Positions 16,148 through 24,795 of a stretch of DNA of 62,290 nucleotides are shown one piece after another. The stretch lies in NCBI GenBank assembly GCA_964561465.1, contig CAZLPP010000003.1:1-62290 (forward strand), in the 5' to 3' direction. The notes under the pieces were generated by a model, which was not told the DNA's origin, searched no databases, and was given only the letters and a program-made list of their open reading frames with translations. The DNA is from an uncultured Dehalococcoidales bacterium (GTDB lineage: Bacteria; Chloroflexota; Dehalococcoidia; GIF9; AB-539-J10). Each line of letters begins with the position of its first letter. The first letter of the stretch is position 1. Position numbers and translations under genes: made by a program.

Positions 16148-17209
16148 CTACGCGTTGCATGCTGCGAAACAGAGCAGCCGCCGGGGGTTCTCGACGGTGA
16201 CTTGCCGGACGTCGGCCTCGCTCACTCCGCGCATGCGCATCATGGGCACGACATAGGCCGGGATGTGGCGGTAGCCCCAACCTCCCCAGCGTACGCGACG
16301 GCTGCGAACGCAGATGTCGTGCGAGATGAGCACCTGGGTGAGGTGACCGCGAGCCGCGAGCGCGCGTATCTCCTTGATCCGGTCGGTGTCATTCGGCAGG
16401 TCCATGTACTCGTCCGACGTCCAGTACGATGGGAAGTGCCCCTCCCAGCCCCAGAGGTCGAACTCGAGCACGCATCCCTCATCGGCCAGTTGAAGCTGGT
16501 CATCCGGGCTCCGGAGCCGCGCGTCGGTGTGGCAGAAGATGACGCGCGACAAATCGGCCCCCGACTCCCGGAGCAAACGCGCGAGATGGAACGGTGCTTC
16601 CCGGTTCCGGCCCGGGTGCAGGCTGATGGCTGCGCCGGTCTCCTGCTGCGCCAGCGCCGCGGCCCGCACCGCCTTCAGTTCGGTTGCCGCGGGCGGCCAG
16701 TTGCAGGCGATCTCGCCGATGATGCCGGCGCGGATGCCGGTCGCGCCCACCCCCTCGGCGACATCCCTGATGAGCGCCTGTGCCATGGCGTCGACGCTCA
16801 TCTCCCGATACTCCGGTGCGAGCGACGGCTCGGTGTAGAAGCCCGTGCCCATGACGATGTGTACGCCGGTCGCACGGGACAGCCGCGCCAGCGCGGCGGG
16901 GTCGCGCCCGATGCCCGGGACGGTGACATCTACAAGCGTCATGCCTCCCGCCTGACGGAAGAGAGCCAGCTCGGCTGATGCCTCGCCCTCATCCAGCATG
17001 CGAACGTTGTCGAGGTTCTCGTACGGGTGATACCGGAGCCAACTGAGCGTATCCCATCCCACCGGCCGGAACGCCATGCCGCGGTCGGAGGCGGCCGCGG
17101 GCGGAGCGAAGATGGAGGTTCCGTCGAAAACGAGGTGCTCGTGCGGCAAAGTGAAGCCGAGTTGCCCGCCCGGCACTCTGCCGAGCACGGTCTGGGCCAT
17201 TCGTTCCAT
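16148..17209 (-). CDS. Phosphotriesterase-related (PTE/PHP family) amidohydrolase-fold protein
   Basis: GFTLPHEHLVFDG (HxH metal motif) and later H/D ligand blocks (SLHPG, ISHD). ATG at 17209 follows GAGGAGG. Confidence 0.75.
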   Translation of the reverse strand: MERMAQTVLGRVPGGQLGFTLPHEHLVFDGTSIFAPPAAASDRGMAFRPVGWDTLSWLRYHPYENLDNVRMLDEGEASAELALFRQAGGMTLVDVTVPGIGRDPAALARLSRATGVHIVMGTGFYTEPSLAPEYREMSVDAMAQALIRDVAEGVGATGIRAGIIGEIACNWPPAATELKAVRAAALAQQETGAAISLHPGRNREAPFHLARLLRESGADLSRVIFCHTDARLRSPDDQLQLADEGCVLEFDLWGWEGHFPSYWTSDEYMDLPNDTDRIKEIRALAARGHLTQVLISHDICVRSRRVRWGGWGYRHIPAYVVPMMRMRGVSEADVRQVTVENPRRLLCFAACNA

Positions 17210-17323
17210 CGTCAGTCTTCCTCCTCGCGGATGTCCGGAAGCCGGCCTGTGGCGCCTATAGTGCCACACGTGTCCGGTGCGAGGGAAGCGCCGGCCCCTG
17301 ACGGCGTGCGCCCGTTCTCGCAG

Positions 17324-17340
17324 ACTGGTACGATACCAGT
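17324..17340. promoter_or_regulatory. Candidate operator palindrome ACTGGTA-cga-TACCAGT
   Basis: 7-bp perfect inverted arms at 17324-17330 and 17334-17340 in the divergent PTE/BASS intergenic region. The TGGT-n-ACCA core resembles GntR/FadR-type operators. Confidence 0.35.
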
Positions 17341-17369
17341 GATTGCTGCGTCATTGCTGGAGGCGTCGT

Positions 17370-18290
17370 TTGTCTCTGTTGCGCAACAACAGCTTCATCC
17401 TCGCCTTGGCCGTCGCGGGGGGCATAGCCGCCGGGCACGGCGCGGCCTTCACGCGCTCCCTGGTCACCCCGCTTCTCGCGGTCATCATGACGCTGTCGCT
17501 CGTGGGCGTGTCCTCGGATGTGTTTCGGGGAGGAGCGAGGTTGCTGCGGCCCGTGGCGCTGGCGCTTCTGCTCAACTACGGCATCCTTGGCGGTGCGTTC
17601 GTGCTGCTGGCTACTCTGCTGCTCGATGATCCGGCACTTCGGGCGGGATTCGTCCTCATCGCTGCCGTGCCTCCGGCGGTTGCCGTCATCCCGTTCACGT
17701 ACCGGCTCGGGGGGGACCTCTCGTTCACCCTCGTCGGCTCGGTCGCCGGACACGTAGCCGCCTTCGTGCTGACGCCGCTCATCACGCTCGCGGTGCTCGG
17801 CGGCAGCCTGGTGCAGCCAGCGCAACTGCTGACGGCGCTGCTGCAACTGGTGGCCGTGCCGTTCGTGGTGTCCCGCCTGCTGCGGCGCTGGAAGCCTGTC
17901 GTTGGCTGGCTGGACGTTCACCGCGGCGCACTCATCAACTGGGGATTCTTCGTCGTTGTCTATACCATCATCGGCCTGAACCGGACGGCGTTCTTTGGCT
18001 TCTCGACGGAGATGGTGCGCGTCGCGGCCATCTCTGGACTGTGTACGTTCGGCATGGCCCATGCCATCTACGCTGCGTCGCGATGGACGGGCTCACGACC
18101 GGCCGACCGGGTCAGCCACGCAGTCTTCGGCGCCTGGAAGAACTACGGGCTGGCCGGTGCAATCGCCCTGCTCTACTTCGGCGAGTCGGCGGCCCTGCCG
18201 GCGGCGGTGACCACTGCGTTCGCCATCGTCAACTTCATCGTTCTGAACTCGACAATCGCCGTGAAGCGGACGGCATCACAGAAGACGTGA
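17370..18290 (+). CDS. Bile acid:sodium symporter (BASS/SBF-like) family transporter
   Basis: About 9-10 hydrophobic helices. Blocks ...MTLSLVGVSSDVF...RP... and AAVPPAVAVIPFTYRLGGDLSF resemble BASS motifs. In-frame TTG at 17370 lies 6 nt after GGAGG. The track start at 17343 is also TTG. Confidence 0.55.
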   Translation: MSLLRNNSFILALAVAGGIAAGHGAAFTRSLVTPLLAVIMTLSLVGVSSDVFRGGARLLRPVALALLLNYGILGGAFVLLATLLLDDPALRAGFVLIAAVPPAVAVIPFTYRLGGDLSFTLVGSVAGHVAAFVLTPLITLAVLGGSLVQPAQLLTALLQLVAVPFVVSRLLRRWKPVVGWLDVHRGALINWGFFVVVYTIIGLNRTAFFGFSTEMVRVAAISGLCTFGMAHAIYAASRWTGSRPADRVSHAVFGAWKNYGLAGAIALLYFGESAALPAAVTTAFAIVNFIVLNSTIAVKRTASQKT

Positions 18291-18337
18291 AGCGCGTCCG
18301 GCCGCCCGGACTGCGCCCGGCGCAAAGGAGGCAAACC

Positions 18338-18913
18338 GTGGCTGATGCGAAGAAAGTGAAGATGGGACCGCAGACCTGGCTCTTTCCGCTGCCCGCGTTG
18401 CTCATCGGCACGCTTGTGGAAGGCAAGGTCAACGTCATGACGGCTGCGTGGGGCAGCATCGCCAACGCGGAGCCGCCGATGCTGTGCGTGGCCATCCGGC
18501 GCTCGCGATACAGCCGCAAGGGCATCGACCCGGGCGGCGTGTTCTCCGTCAACGTGGCGTCCGCCTCGCAGGTCCGCGAGGTGGACTTCTGCGGCATCCA
18601 GTCGGGCGCCAAGACGGACAAGCCGGCGAAGTGCGGTTTTGGCGTGTTCTATGGCGCTCTCGAGAAGGCGCCGCTCATCGAGCAGTGCCCGCTCAACCTC
18701 GAGTGCCGGGTTGCCCACATCGTCGAGTTGGGCTCACACTCGCTGGTCGTGGCCGACATCGTCGAGGTCCACGTTTCGGAGTCGTGCCTCACCGATGGGA
18801 AGCTGGACGTGCAGAAGCTCGATCCGCTCATCTACCTGACGGGCCCGGCCCGCAAGTACGTCCACGCCGGCATGGCGGCGGGGGACGCCTTCAGCGCGGG
18901 GCTCAGCCTGTAG
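18338..18913 (+). CDS. Flavin reductase-like FMN-binding domain protein
   Basis: PLPALLIGTLVEGKVNVMTAAWGSIANAEPPMLCVAIR is a flavin-reductase split-barrel pattern. GTG at 18338 follows AAGGAGG (18325-18331). The track ORF starts far upstream (18041), overlapping the transporter. Confidence 0.75.
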   Translation: MADAKKVKMGPQTWLFPLPALLIGTLVEGKVNVMTAAWGSIANAEPPMLCVAIRRSRYSRKGIDPGGVFSVNVASASQVREVDFCGIQSGAKTDKPAKCGFGVFYGALEKAPLIEQCPLNLECRVAHIVELGSHSLVVADIVEVHVSESCLTDGKLDVQKLDPLIYLTGPARKYVHAGMAAGDAFSAGLSL

Positions 18914-18926
18914 CGCCCGCCTGCCG

Positions 18927-19943
18927 TCAGTGAAGCAGATAGTACGGATTCGCCTGGCACATGAGCCTGATGTGCTCATCGGGGACGCCGCTCTGCATGA
19001 AACCGACGATGAGGCGTCGCAGACCGTCTATCGGATGACCGAGCGAGATGTGGCCGCGGTCGGAAGCGATGAGCATGCGCTGCGGGCCAACCGCGCGGTA
19101 CACCGCCATGACATCGTCCCAGGAGTAGTACGAGTCGTCGATGGCGTAGATGCTGATGAAAGCCCCGAGGTCCGCGAAGACCTTGCACTGCTCCGGGGTG
19201 AGCCACGACGGCGGGTAGTTCACGTGGGTGATCTCGATGCGCTTGATGCCGAGTTTGACCGCTTCTCGTACGAGTGCCAGCCGCTCGCACGTGCTCTGGT
19301 GGCCGATGCCGAGGACCATGTCGGTCTGCGAGATGAGGTCCAGGATGTCCCGCGCCTTCGGCACGACGTTGCCGTCAGTGTCGATGAGGTCGATGCCCTG
19401 CCCGACGCCCTCGTTCACGACGAGCCGGTGGTGGTTCGAGTCGACGTTCGGCAGCCAGACGTATTTGCCGCCCATTCGGTAGGAAGCGATGACGGCGTCC
19501 GGGTTGAGGCCGCCGACCGCGTAGTTGAGGCAGACGCCGCCGAATACCTCGATGCGTTTCTTGCCGTGCTCGTCGGCCCACTGGTCGACCACGCGCTGCA
19601 CGATCCGCACTGAGCGGGTCGACGGCATGAACTGCTCCTTGAAGACGATGCCACCCAGGCCGATGTAGCAGCCGTGGATGGCGAGGTCCAGCTCGTCGAA
19701 CAGCCTCTCGGTGTGCGGTGACGGCCCGCTGTGCTGGTGCACGTCGTACGTGCCTCGCAGCAGGTCCCAGACGCGGTCGACCTTGAACGAAGGCGACGTC
19801 ATCCACCTCTTCTGCGCCTCGAAAGAGCGGTCCAGCGGCGAGTAGAAAGACGTGCCGCCGCCCTGTCCCGAAACGACGGATGACCCTCTGATCCTGCGCA
19901 GCATCTCCTCGCTGAGCGATGCCTCGAACACGTCGTTTTCCAT
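18927..19943 (-). CDS. Amidohydrolase-like metal-dependent hydrolase (DUF6282-like)
   Basis: YDVHQHSGPS (HxH) near the N-terminus, later H/D blocks (GIGHQS, ITHVNY, IASDRGH). ATG at 19943 follows GGAAGGAG. Family name is from memory. Confidence 0.5.
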   Translation of the reverse strand: MENDVFEASLSEEMLRRIRGSSVVSGQGGGTSFYSPLDRSFEAQKRWMTSPSFKVDRVWDLLRGTYDVHQHSGPSPHTERLFDELDLAIHGCYIGLGGIVFKEQFMPSTRSVRIVQRVVDQWADEHGKKRIEVFGGVCLNYAVGGLNPDAVIASYRMGGKYVWLPNVDSNHHRLVVNEGVGQGIDLIDTDGNVVPKARDILDLISQTDMVLGIGHQSTCERLALVREAVKLGIKRIEITHVNYPPSWLTPEQCKVFADLGAFISIYAIDDSYYSWDDVMAVYRAVGPQRMLIASDRGHISLGHPIDGLRRLIVGFMQSGVPDEHIRLMCQANPYYLLH

Positions 19944-19994
19944 CCTGGTGATGCTCCTTCCGGTGCGCAAACGCGCTGAATAGTCCACCCTGCC

Positions 19995-21353
19995 CTACTG
20001 CGGTAGCGCCAGCGAGGACGGAATCAGCTCCGTCAACTCGGGGTGAATGTGGATGCCGCGCACGAGCTCGTCCATGTGACCGCCGGACTGCATTGCGTTG
20101 ACGACTTCCTGGATGAGGATGGGTGCGTACGGACCGATGATGTGGAAGCCGAGAATGCGCTCGCTTCCGCGCTCGACCACCGCCTTGGTGAATCCTTCGA
20201 ACTCCATCAGCGCCTGTCCTTTGGCGACATCGGCGTATGGCGTGATTGTCGTCACGACATCGTGGCCCGCTTCGCGAGCCTGCGCCTCGGTGAGGCCGAC
20301 GGAGGCTATCTGCGGGTGGGAGTAGACCGCGTGCGGGACGGCCCGGTAGTCCATCTCCACGTCAGCGCCGTCGAACGCGTTTGCCGCTGCGACAAGCGCC
20401 TGGACGTTGGCGGCATGACGGAACATGGCCCTGCCGTTGATGTCTCCTACCGCGTACACCTCGGGCTGGTTGGTGCGCATGTGAGCGTCGACCGTGATGA
20501 ACCCCCTGCGGTCGGTCTCGATGCCCGCCTCCGCGACCCCGAGCAGGTCGGCATTCGAACGGCGCCCGACAGCCACGAGCAGGCGCTCCGCGCGGTAGGT
20601 CCGCGACTCCCCGCCGTCCGTGGGACGGGCCCTCACGCTCACGATGCGGCGGCCGGTGGACACGGCTTCGACCTTCATGCCCGTCAGGATATGGGCCCGT
20701 TTCGAGAGCGACTGCTGCAGGGCAGCCGACACCTCGGGTTCCTCGGACGTCACCAGCCTGTCCATCATCTCGACGACGGTGACCTTGGTTCCCATGGAAG
20801 CGAAGAAGTGGCAGTACTCGACCGCGATGTAGCCGCCGCCCATGATGATGAGGCTCCCCGGCTTCTCGCTGAGCTCCAGGACGGACTCGTTGGTGAGATA
20901 GTCGACGGAGTCGAGGCCCGGTATGGGAGGAATGACCGTGCGCGCACCTGCGGCGATGAAGACCTGCGGCGCCTCGATCTCGGTGGTCCCTGAGCGGACG
21001 ACGTGAGGGGCAACGAACACGCCGGGCTTCCGGAAGTGGCGGACGCCGGACCCGATGGACTCGCGCAGATGACTGCGCATGTGCGCCCGGTCGGCCCGCA
21101 TGCGCCGCATGATGCCGGGGAAATCGACCGACTCCACGTGCGTCCTGATGCCGAGACGGGCTGTGCGCTCCATCTCGGCAACCGAGTCGGCGGGAGCGAT
21201 GAGCATCTTCGACGGGATGCAGCCGGCGTTGAGGCACGTGCCGCCGAGCGGTCCCGGCTCTATCAGGGCAACGCTCTTCTCGCGAGCTACCGCCTGCTCG
21301 ACAATCTCAAGCCCGCAGCCTGAACCAAGAACAAGTACGTCGAAGTGCTCCAC
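19995..21353 (-). CDS. Pyridine nucleotide-disulfide oxidoreductase (dihydrolipoyl dehydrogenase / mycothione-reductase-like)
   Basis: FDVLVLGSGCGLE (FAD GxGxxG), redox-active GGTCLNAGCIPSK, second Rossmann IIMGGGYIAVE, C-terminal HIHPELTE interface motif. GTG at 21353 follows GGGGAGGG. Confidence 0.8.
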   Translation of the reverse strand: MEHFDVLVLGSGCGLEIVEQAVAREKSVALIEPGPLGGTCLNAGCIPSKMLIAPADSVAEMERTARLGIRTHVESVDFPGIMRRMRADRAHMRSHLRESIGSGVRHFRKPGVFVAPHVVRSGTTEIEAPQVFIAAGARTVIPPIPGLDSVDYLTNESVLELSEKPGSLIIMGGGYIAVEYCHFFASMGTKVTVVEMMDRLVTSEEPEVSAALQQSLSKRAHILTGMKVEAVSTGRRIVSVRARPTDGGESRTYRAERLLVAVGRRSNADLLGVAEAGIETDRRGFITVDAHMRTNQPEVYAVGDINGRAMFRHAANVQALVAAANAFDGADVEMDYRAVPHAVYSHPQIASVGLTEAQAREAGHDVVTTITPYADVAKGQALMEFEGFTKAVVERGSERILGFHIIGPYAPILIQEVVNAMQSGGHMDELVRGIHIHPELTELIPSSLALPQ

Positions 21354-21561
21354 GCGTTGGCCCTCCCCTGCTGCGCAGCGCCGGACGACGGCCCGACGGG
21401 TAGATACTACCATCCAGCTTTGCAGTACGGAAGTGGAGATGCGCTGGAGTTGCTGGCAGCAAGACGGCTGAGCAGATTAGCATGAAAGCAGTTTGCTGCT
21501 TCAGCTACTGAGCGACCCTGGACGGCTGTCTGTGGCCGGGGCGGACAGGGGGACTGGAAGG

Positions 21562-22497
21562 CTACAGTCCTCGCAGCCCTTCGGGCCTGAGGGCCGACGA
21601 ATCGCCCTTCTCGAGCACGCGGTCGAGGATGGCGAGCATCTTGCTGCGTTCCTGCGGCAGCGTGCCCCTGATGGTGAGGTAGTTCGACGCATGCATTGAG
21701 CTGAAGAAGCAGTTGCTGACGTTGAGGTTGGCGACGATGGTGCGCAGCTCTCTGAGTGACTGAAGAGGCGAGATGGGCTGAAATCGACCGGACTCGATGA
21801 GGTCGTGCATGGGCGTGCCCTCGACGACGGTCAGGGTCAGTGCGGCGCCGAACTCCGGGTCCATCCGGGAAAGGACGTCGGCGGTGGCAAGCGCGTGGCG
21901 CTCGCTCTTCTCGACGCCGCCGAGGCCGAGGATGACCATGGCTGAGAGGTCGAGCCCGACTTGGTCCACGCGCTGTGCAGCGGCTATCATGTCGGCCGAG
22001 GTCGCGTTCTTGCCGACCTCGCGGAGAATCTCGTCGTCTCCGCTCTCCAGGCCGACGTAGAGGATGGTGAGCTTCCGCTTCTTCAGCTCCCGCAGTTGCT
22101 CGACGCTCCGGCGCATGATGTCCTGCGCGGTGGCGTAGACGGCGATACGCTCGAGGTCGGGGAATCGGTCGTTCAGGTAGTCGAGCGCCTCTATGAGCCT
22201 GGGGAACGGGTAGACCAGGGCATCGCCGTCCTGCAGGAAGACCCTTCTGCCGTCCCACTGGTTGGCGAGCATGTAGACCACGGGGTCCATGCCGGGCACG
22301 CCGATGCGCTGTGTCCTGTAGAGGTGCAGGGCGTCGATCTCCGCCTTGACCTCCTCGATATCGCGCATCTGCAGCTTCGAGCCGTAGTAGTAACAGAAAG
22401 CGCACGTGTTGTTGGAGCAGCCGCTGGTGAGCGGCAGGTAGTAGCTCATCCACTCGCTCGGCGGACGGAAGATGCGTGGCCGTTCGAATCGTGACAC
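21562..22497 (-). CDS. Radical SAM domain protein with CX4CX2C cluster motif
   Basis: YYLPLTSGCSNNTCAFCYYYG followed by Elp3-like core blocks (VFLQDGDAL, LYVGLESGDDEIL). GTG start at 22497. Confidence 0.65.
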   Translation of the reverse strand: MSRFERPRIFRPPSEWMSYYLPLTSGCSNNTCAFCYYYGSKLQMRDIEEVKAEIDALHLYRTQRIGVPGMDPVVYMLANQWDGRRVFLQDGDALVYPFPRLIEALDYLNDRFPDLERIAVYATAQDIMRRSVEQLRELKKRKLTILYVGLESGDDEILREVGKNATSADMIAAAQRVDQVGLDLSAMVILGLGGVEKSERHALATADVLSRMDPEFGAALTLTVVEGTPMHDLIESGRFQPISPLQSLRELRTIVANLNVSNCFFSSMHASNYLTIRGTLPQERSKMLAILDRVLEKGDSSALRPEGLRGL

Positions 22498-22520
22498 CGT
22501 CTCTGCTCCCTTCAGGGTCG

Positions 22521-23093
22521 TCAGGGCAACCGGATTCCGAAGCTCTCGAGGGCGCGTGCAAGGTGCGCCATCGGCAGGCCGACCACGTTGGAGAAATCGC
22601 CCTCGATGCGGTCGATGATGGTGGCGCCAAGACCCTCGATGTCGTACGAGCCGGACTTGCCCGTTGGCTCGCCGGACGCAACGTACGAGCTTATCTGCTC
22701 GGGGGTCAGGTGCCGGATGTGTACCAGCGTGGTTTCGACGCCGCAGTAGGAGCGACCGTCGGCGCTGTCGACAACGGCGATGCCGGTGACGAGCCTGTGG
22801 AACTGCCCGGCAAGCCTCGACAGCATCTGCCCGGCGGCCGCGGCGGACTCCGCCTTGCCCAGAATCTCTCCGTCAAGCTCGATGATGGTATCCGCGCCGA
22901 TGACGAGTGCGTCCGGATGCCGCTCCGCGACGGTGCGGGCCTTTCGCAGGGCGAGCATGCGGACGTGCCCCGCGGGCGACGACGCTTCCGTCGTCTCGTC
23001 GCAGTTGCTCGGGTCGATGGTGAACGGCAGCCCCGTCCGCCGCAGAAGCGCGCCCCTTCCGGCCGACGCGGATGCCAGGACGATAGTTCTCAT
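22521..23093 (-). CDS. maf: Maf-like nucleoside triphosphate pyrophosphatase
   Basis: MRTIVLASASAGRGALL...GADTIIELDGEILGKA...GSYDIEGLGATIIDRIEGDFSNVVGLP. The ATG at 23093 overlaps the msrB stop by 4 nt. Confidence 0.85.
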   Translation of the reverse strand: MRTIVLASASAGRGALLRRTGLPFTIDPSNCDETTEASSPAGHVRMLALRKARTVAERHPDALVIGADTIIELDGEILGKAESAAAAGQMLSRLAGQFHRLVTGIAVVDSADGRSYCGVETTLVHIRHLTPEQISSYVASGEPTGKSGSYDIEGLGATIIDRIEGDFSNVVGLPMAHLARALESFGIRLP

Positions 23094-23512
23094 GCCGGCA
23101 TGCGGGGCGCCTTCCTGCCCGGGTCACTATGGGAGAAGTCGAGCGATGCGGAGTTGATGCAGTAGCGGCGGCCGGTAGGCGCCGGGCCGTCGTCGAACAC
23201 GTGCCCGAGGTGCGCGCCGCAGGCGCGGCAGACTACCTCGGTGCGCTGCAGTCCCAACCGGTTGTCTGTTCGCTCTTCGACGTTGTCGCGCCCGGCCGGA
23301 GAGGAGAAACTCGGCCAGCCGCAGACGGAGTCGAACTTCGCCCCGGAGTCAAACAGCGGTTCGCCGCAGCAGACGCAGCGGTAGGTGCCGGACTCATGGT
23401 GTCGGTAGTACTCGCCCGAGTACGGCGCCTCAGTGGCCTGCCGCTGCGTCACGGCGTACTGCTCGGGCGTGAGCCTGACCCTCAGTTCGTCTTCGTCGAG
23501 TTTGCTGCCCAT
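23090..23512 (-). CDS. msrB: Peptide-methionine (R)-S-oxide reductase
   Basis: YRCVCCGEPLFDSGAKFDSVCGWPSF...CRACGAHLGHVFDDGP...RYCINS. I prefer the ATG at 23512 (MGSKLDEDEL) over the track start at 23578. Confidence 0.9.
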   Translation of the reverse strand: MGSKLDEDELRVRLTPEQYAVTQRQATEAPYSGEYYRHHESGTYRCVCCGEPLFDSGAKFDSVCGWPSFSSPAGRDNVEERTDNRLGLQRTEVVCRACGAHLGHVFDDGPAPTGRRYCINSASLDFSHSDPGRKAPRMPA

Positions 23513-23586
23513 GGTGTTGTCTTTCGAAATAGCCGCTTCCGCTGCGACCGCCGAGTCGAACCTGAAGTCTCTCGGCACCGCTGTGC

Positions 23587-23616
23587 ATTATCGTGTTGAG
23601 GGAGGGCAGGTGTCAA
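23587..23616 (-). promoter_or_regulatory. Candidate promoter TTGACA-18nt-GATAAT upstream of msrB-maf
   Basis: On the minus strand, TTGACA is at 23611-23616 and GATAAT at 23587-23592, about 75 nt upstream of the msrB ATG. Confidence 0.45.
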
Positions 23617-23861
23617 ACTCATGGTGCGGAGCGAAGATGGAGTGCAACTGCGTTGGCCCGTCGGATCCACGGACAGCTTTTGGCACAGCATGTGCGGCTG
23701 ATGCGGCCGCGACGCCGATTGCGTCAAGGGACTGACGCGGTTGGCCATGTCGGGACTGCGGACCCTTCCCGCGGGGAAGGTCAAAGGACGAGCGGGCTGC
23801 ATTGCCGCCGGCCACGCGTTGCGACTTCCAGAGGCGCGCGTGCACGAGGATACAAACGGCG

Positions 23862-23886
23862 AGGCGGCGTCCGAATGACGCCGCCT
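23862..23886 (-). terminator. Intrinsic terminator downstream of the GNAT gene
   Basis: AGGCGGCGT (23862-23870) / ACGCCGCCT (23878-23886). On the minus strand it is followed by CGCCGTTTGTAT. Confidence 0.5.
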
Positions 23887-23907
23887 GTTGCCCCCTACCT
23901 CAATCCC

Positions 23908-24384
23908 CTACCCGGTCGCCATGTTCTTCAACGTGTCGCCGGCCATCCGATAGACCGTCCACTCATCCATCGGTTGGGCTCCCAGTGACAGGTAGAACCT
24001 GATGCTCGGCTCATTCCAGTCTAGGCACGACCATTCCAGTCTGCCGCATCCCCGTTCACAGGCGATCTGCGCGAGCTTCCTCACCATCGCTCGGCCGTAC
24101 CCGCGGCCCCTGTATTCGGGTTTCACGTAGATATCCTCGATGAAGATGCCTGCCCGTCCAACGAAGGTGGAGAAGTTGTGGAAGAACACCGCGAAACCGA
24201 CTTCGGTCCCATCGGCTACCGCGAAGAACGCTTCCGCTCTCTTCTTCTCGAACATCCACTCTTGAAGCGTTTCTTCCGTGGCGACCACGTCATCCAGCAA
24301 TCTCTCATACTCCGCCAGTTCCCTGATGAACTGAATCAGCAACCCTGTATCGGTTTCCGCTGCATACCTGAAAGCTACACTCAT
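23908..24384 (-). CDS. GNAT family N-acetyltransferase
   Basis: IFIEDIYVKPEYRGRGYGRAMVRKLAQIACERG is GNAT motif A (RGxGxG-like). ATG at 24384 lies 7 nt after AGGAGA (the track begins one codon earlier at a GTG). Confidence 0.85.
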   Translation of the reverse strand: MSVAFRYAAETDTGLLIQFIRELAEYERLLDDVVATEETLQEWMFEKKRAEAFFAVADGTEVGFAVFFHNFSTFVGRAGIFIEDIYVKPEYRGRGYGRAMVRKLAQIACERGCGRLEWSCLDWNEPSIRFYLSLGAQPMDEWTVYRMAGDTLKNMATG

Positions 24385-24652
24385 CACAGTCTCCTGAACT
24401 CAACTCACCTTCACCCACGAAGTCGAGGGGCCTGCCGCCTGGCTTGATGTGCGTCCTCGCGTCCCGGGAGTCCGCGCACAACGCGTAGACGCTCTCGGCG
24501 CATCGGCATAGAGCGCGGGCCAAGGTTGCACTTCACCCTGCCACAGTCCGGGCCTCGCCAGCGCATGGAAGATGAATACCGCAGTCTATCAGAGTGATGC
24601 TCGCCGGGGTGGCCGGAGGCCGAGCCTGCTGGACATCGCGGCAACACAAGCA

Positions 24653-24684
24653 AACAGGCGGCGCCCTTCGGGGGCGCCGCCTGT
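24653..24684 (-). terminator. Strong intrinsic terminator after tRNA-Gly
   Basis: 14-bp stem AACAGGCGGCGCCC / GGGCGCCGCCTGTT closed by a C(UUCG)G tetraloop. On the minus strand it is followed by GCTTGTGTTGC. Lies 16 nt beyond the tRNA 3' end. Confidence 0.65.
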
Positions 24685-24699
24685 TGTGATTCACGGGAA

Positions 24700-24774
24700 T
24701 GGAGCGGGAGACGGGATTCGAACCCGCGACAGCCTGCTTGGAAGGCAGGAACTCTTCCGCTGAGTTACTCCCGC
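24700..24774 (-). tRNA. tRNA-Gly (anticodon UCC), CCA encoded
   Basis: Minus strand: GCGGGAG TA ACTC AGCGGAA GAGT T CCTGC CTTCCAA GCAGG CTGTC GCGGG TTCGAAT CCCGT CTCCCGC T CCA. Cloverleaf folded by hand. Confidence 0.9.
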
Positions 24775-24795
24775 CCGTGCACCAAAGTATAGCAG

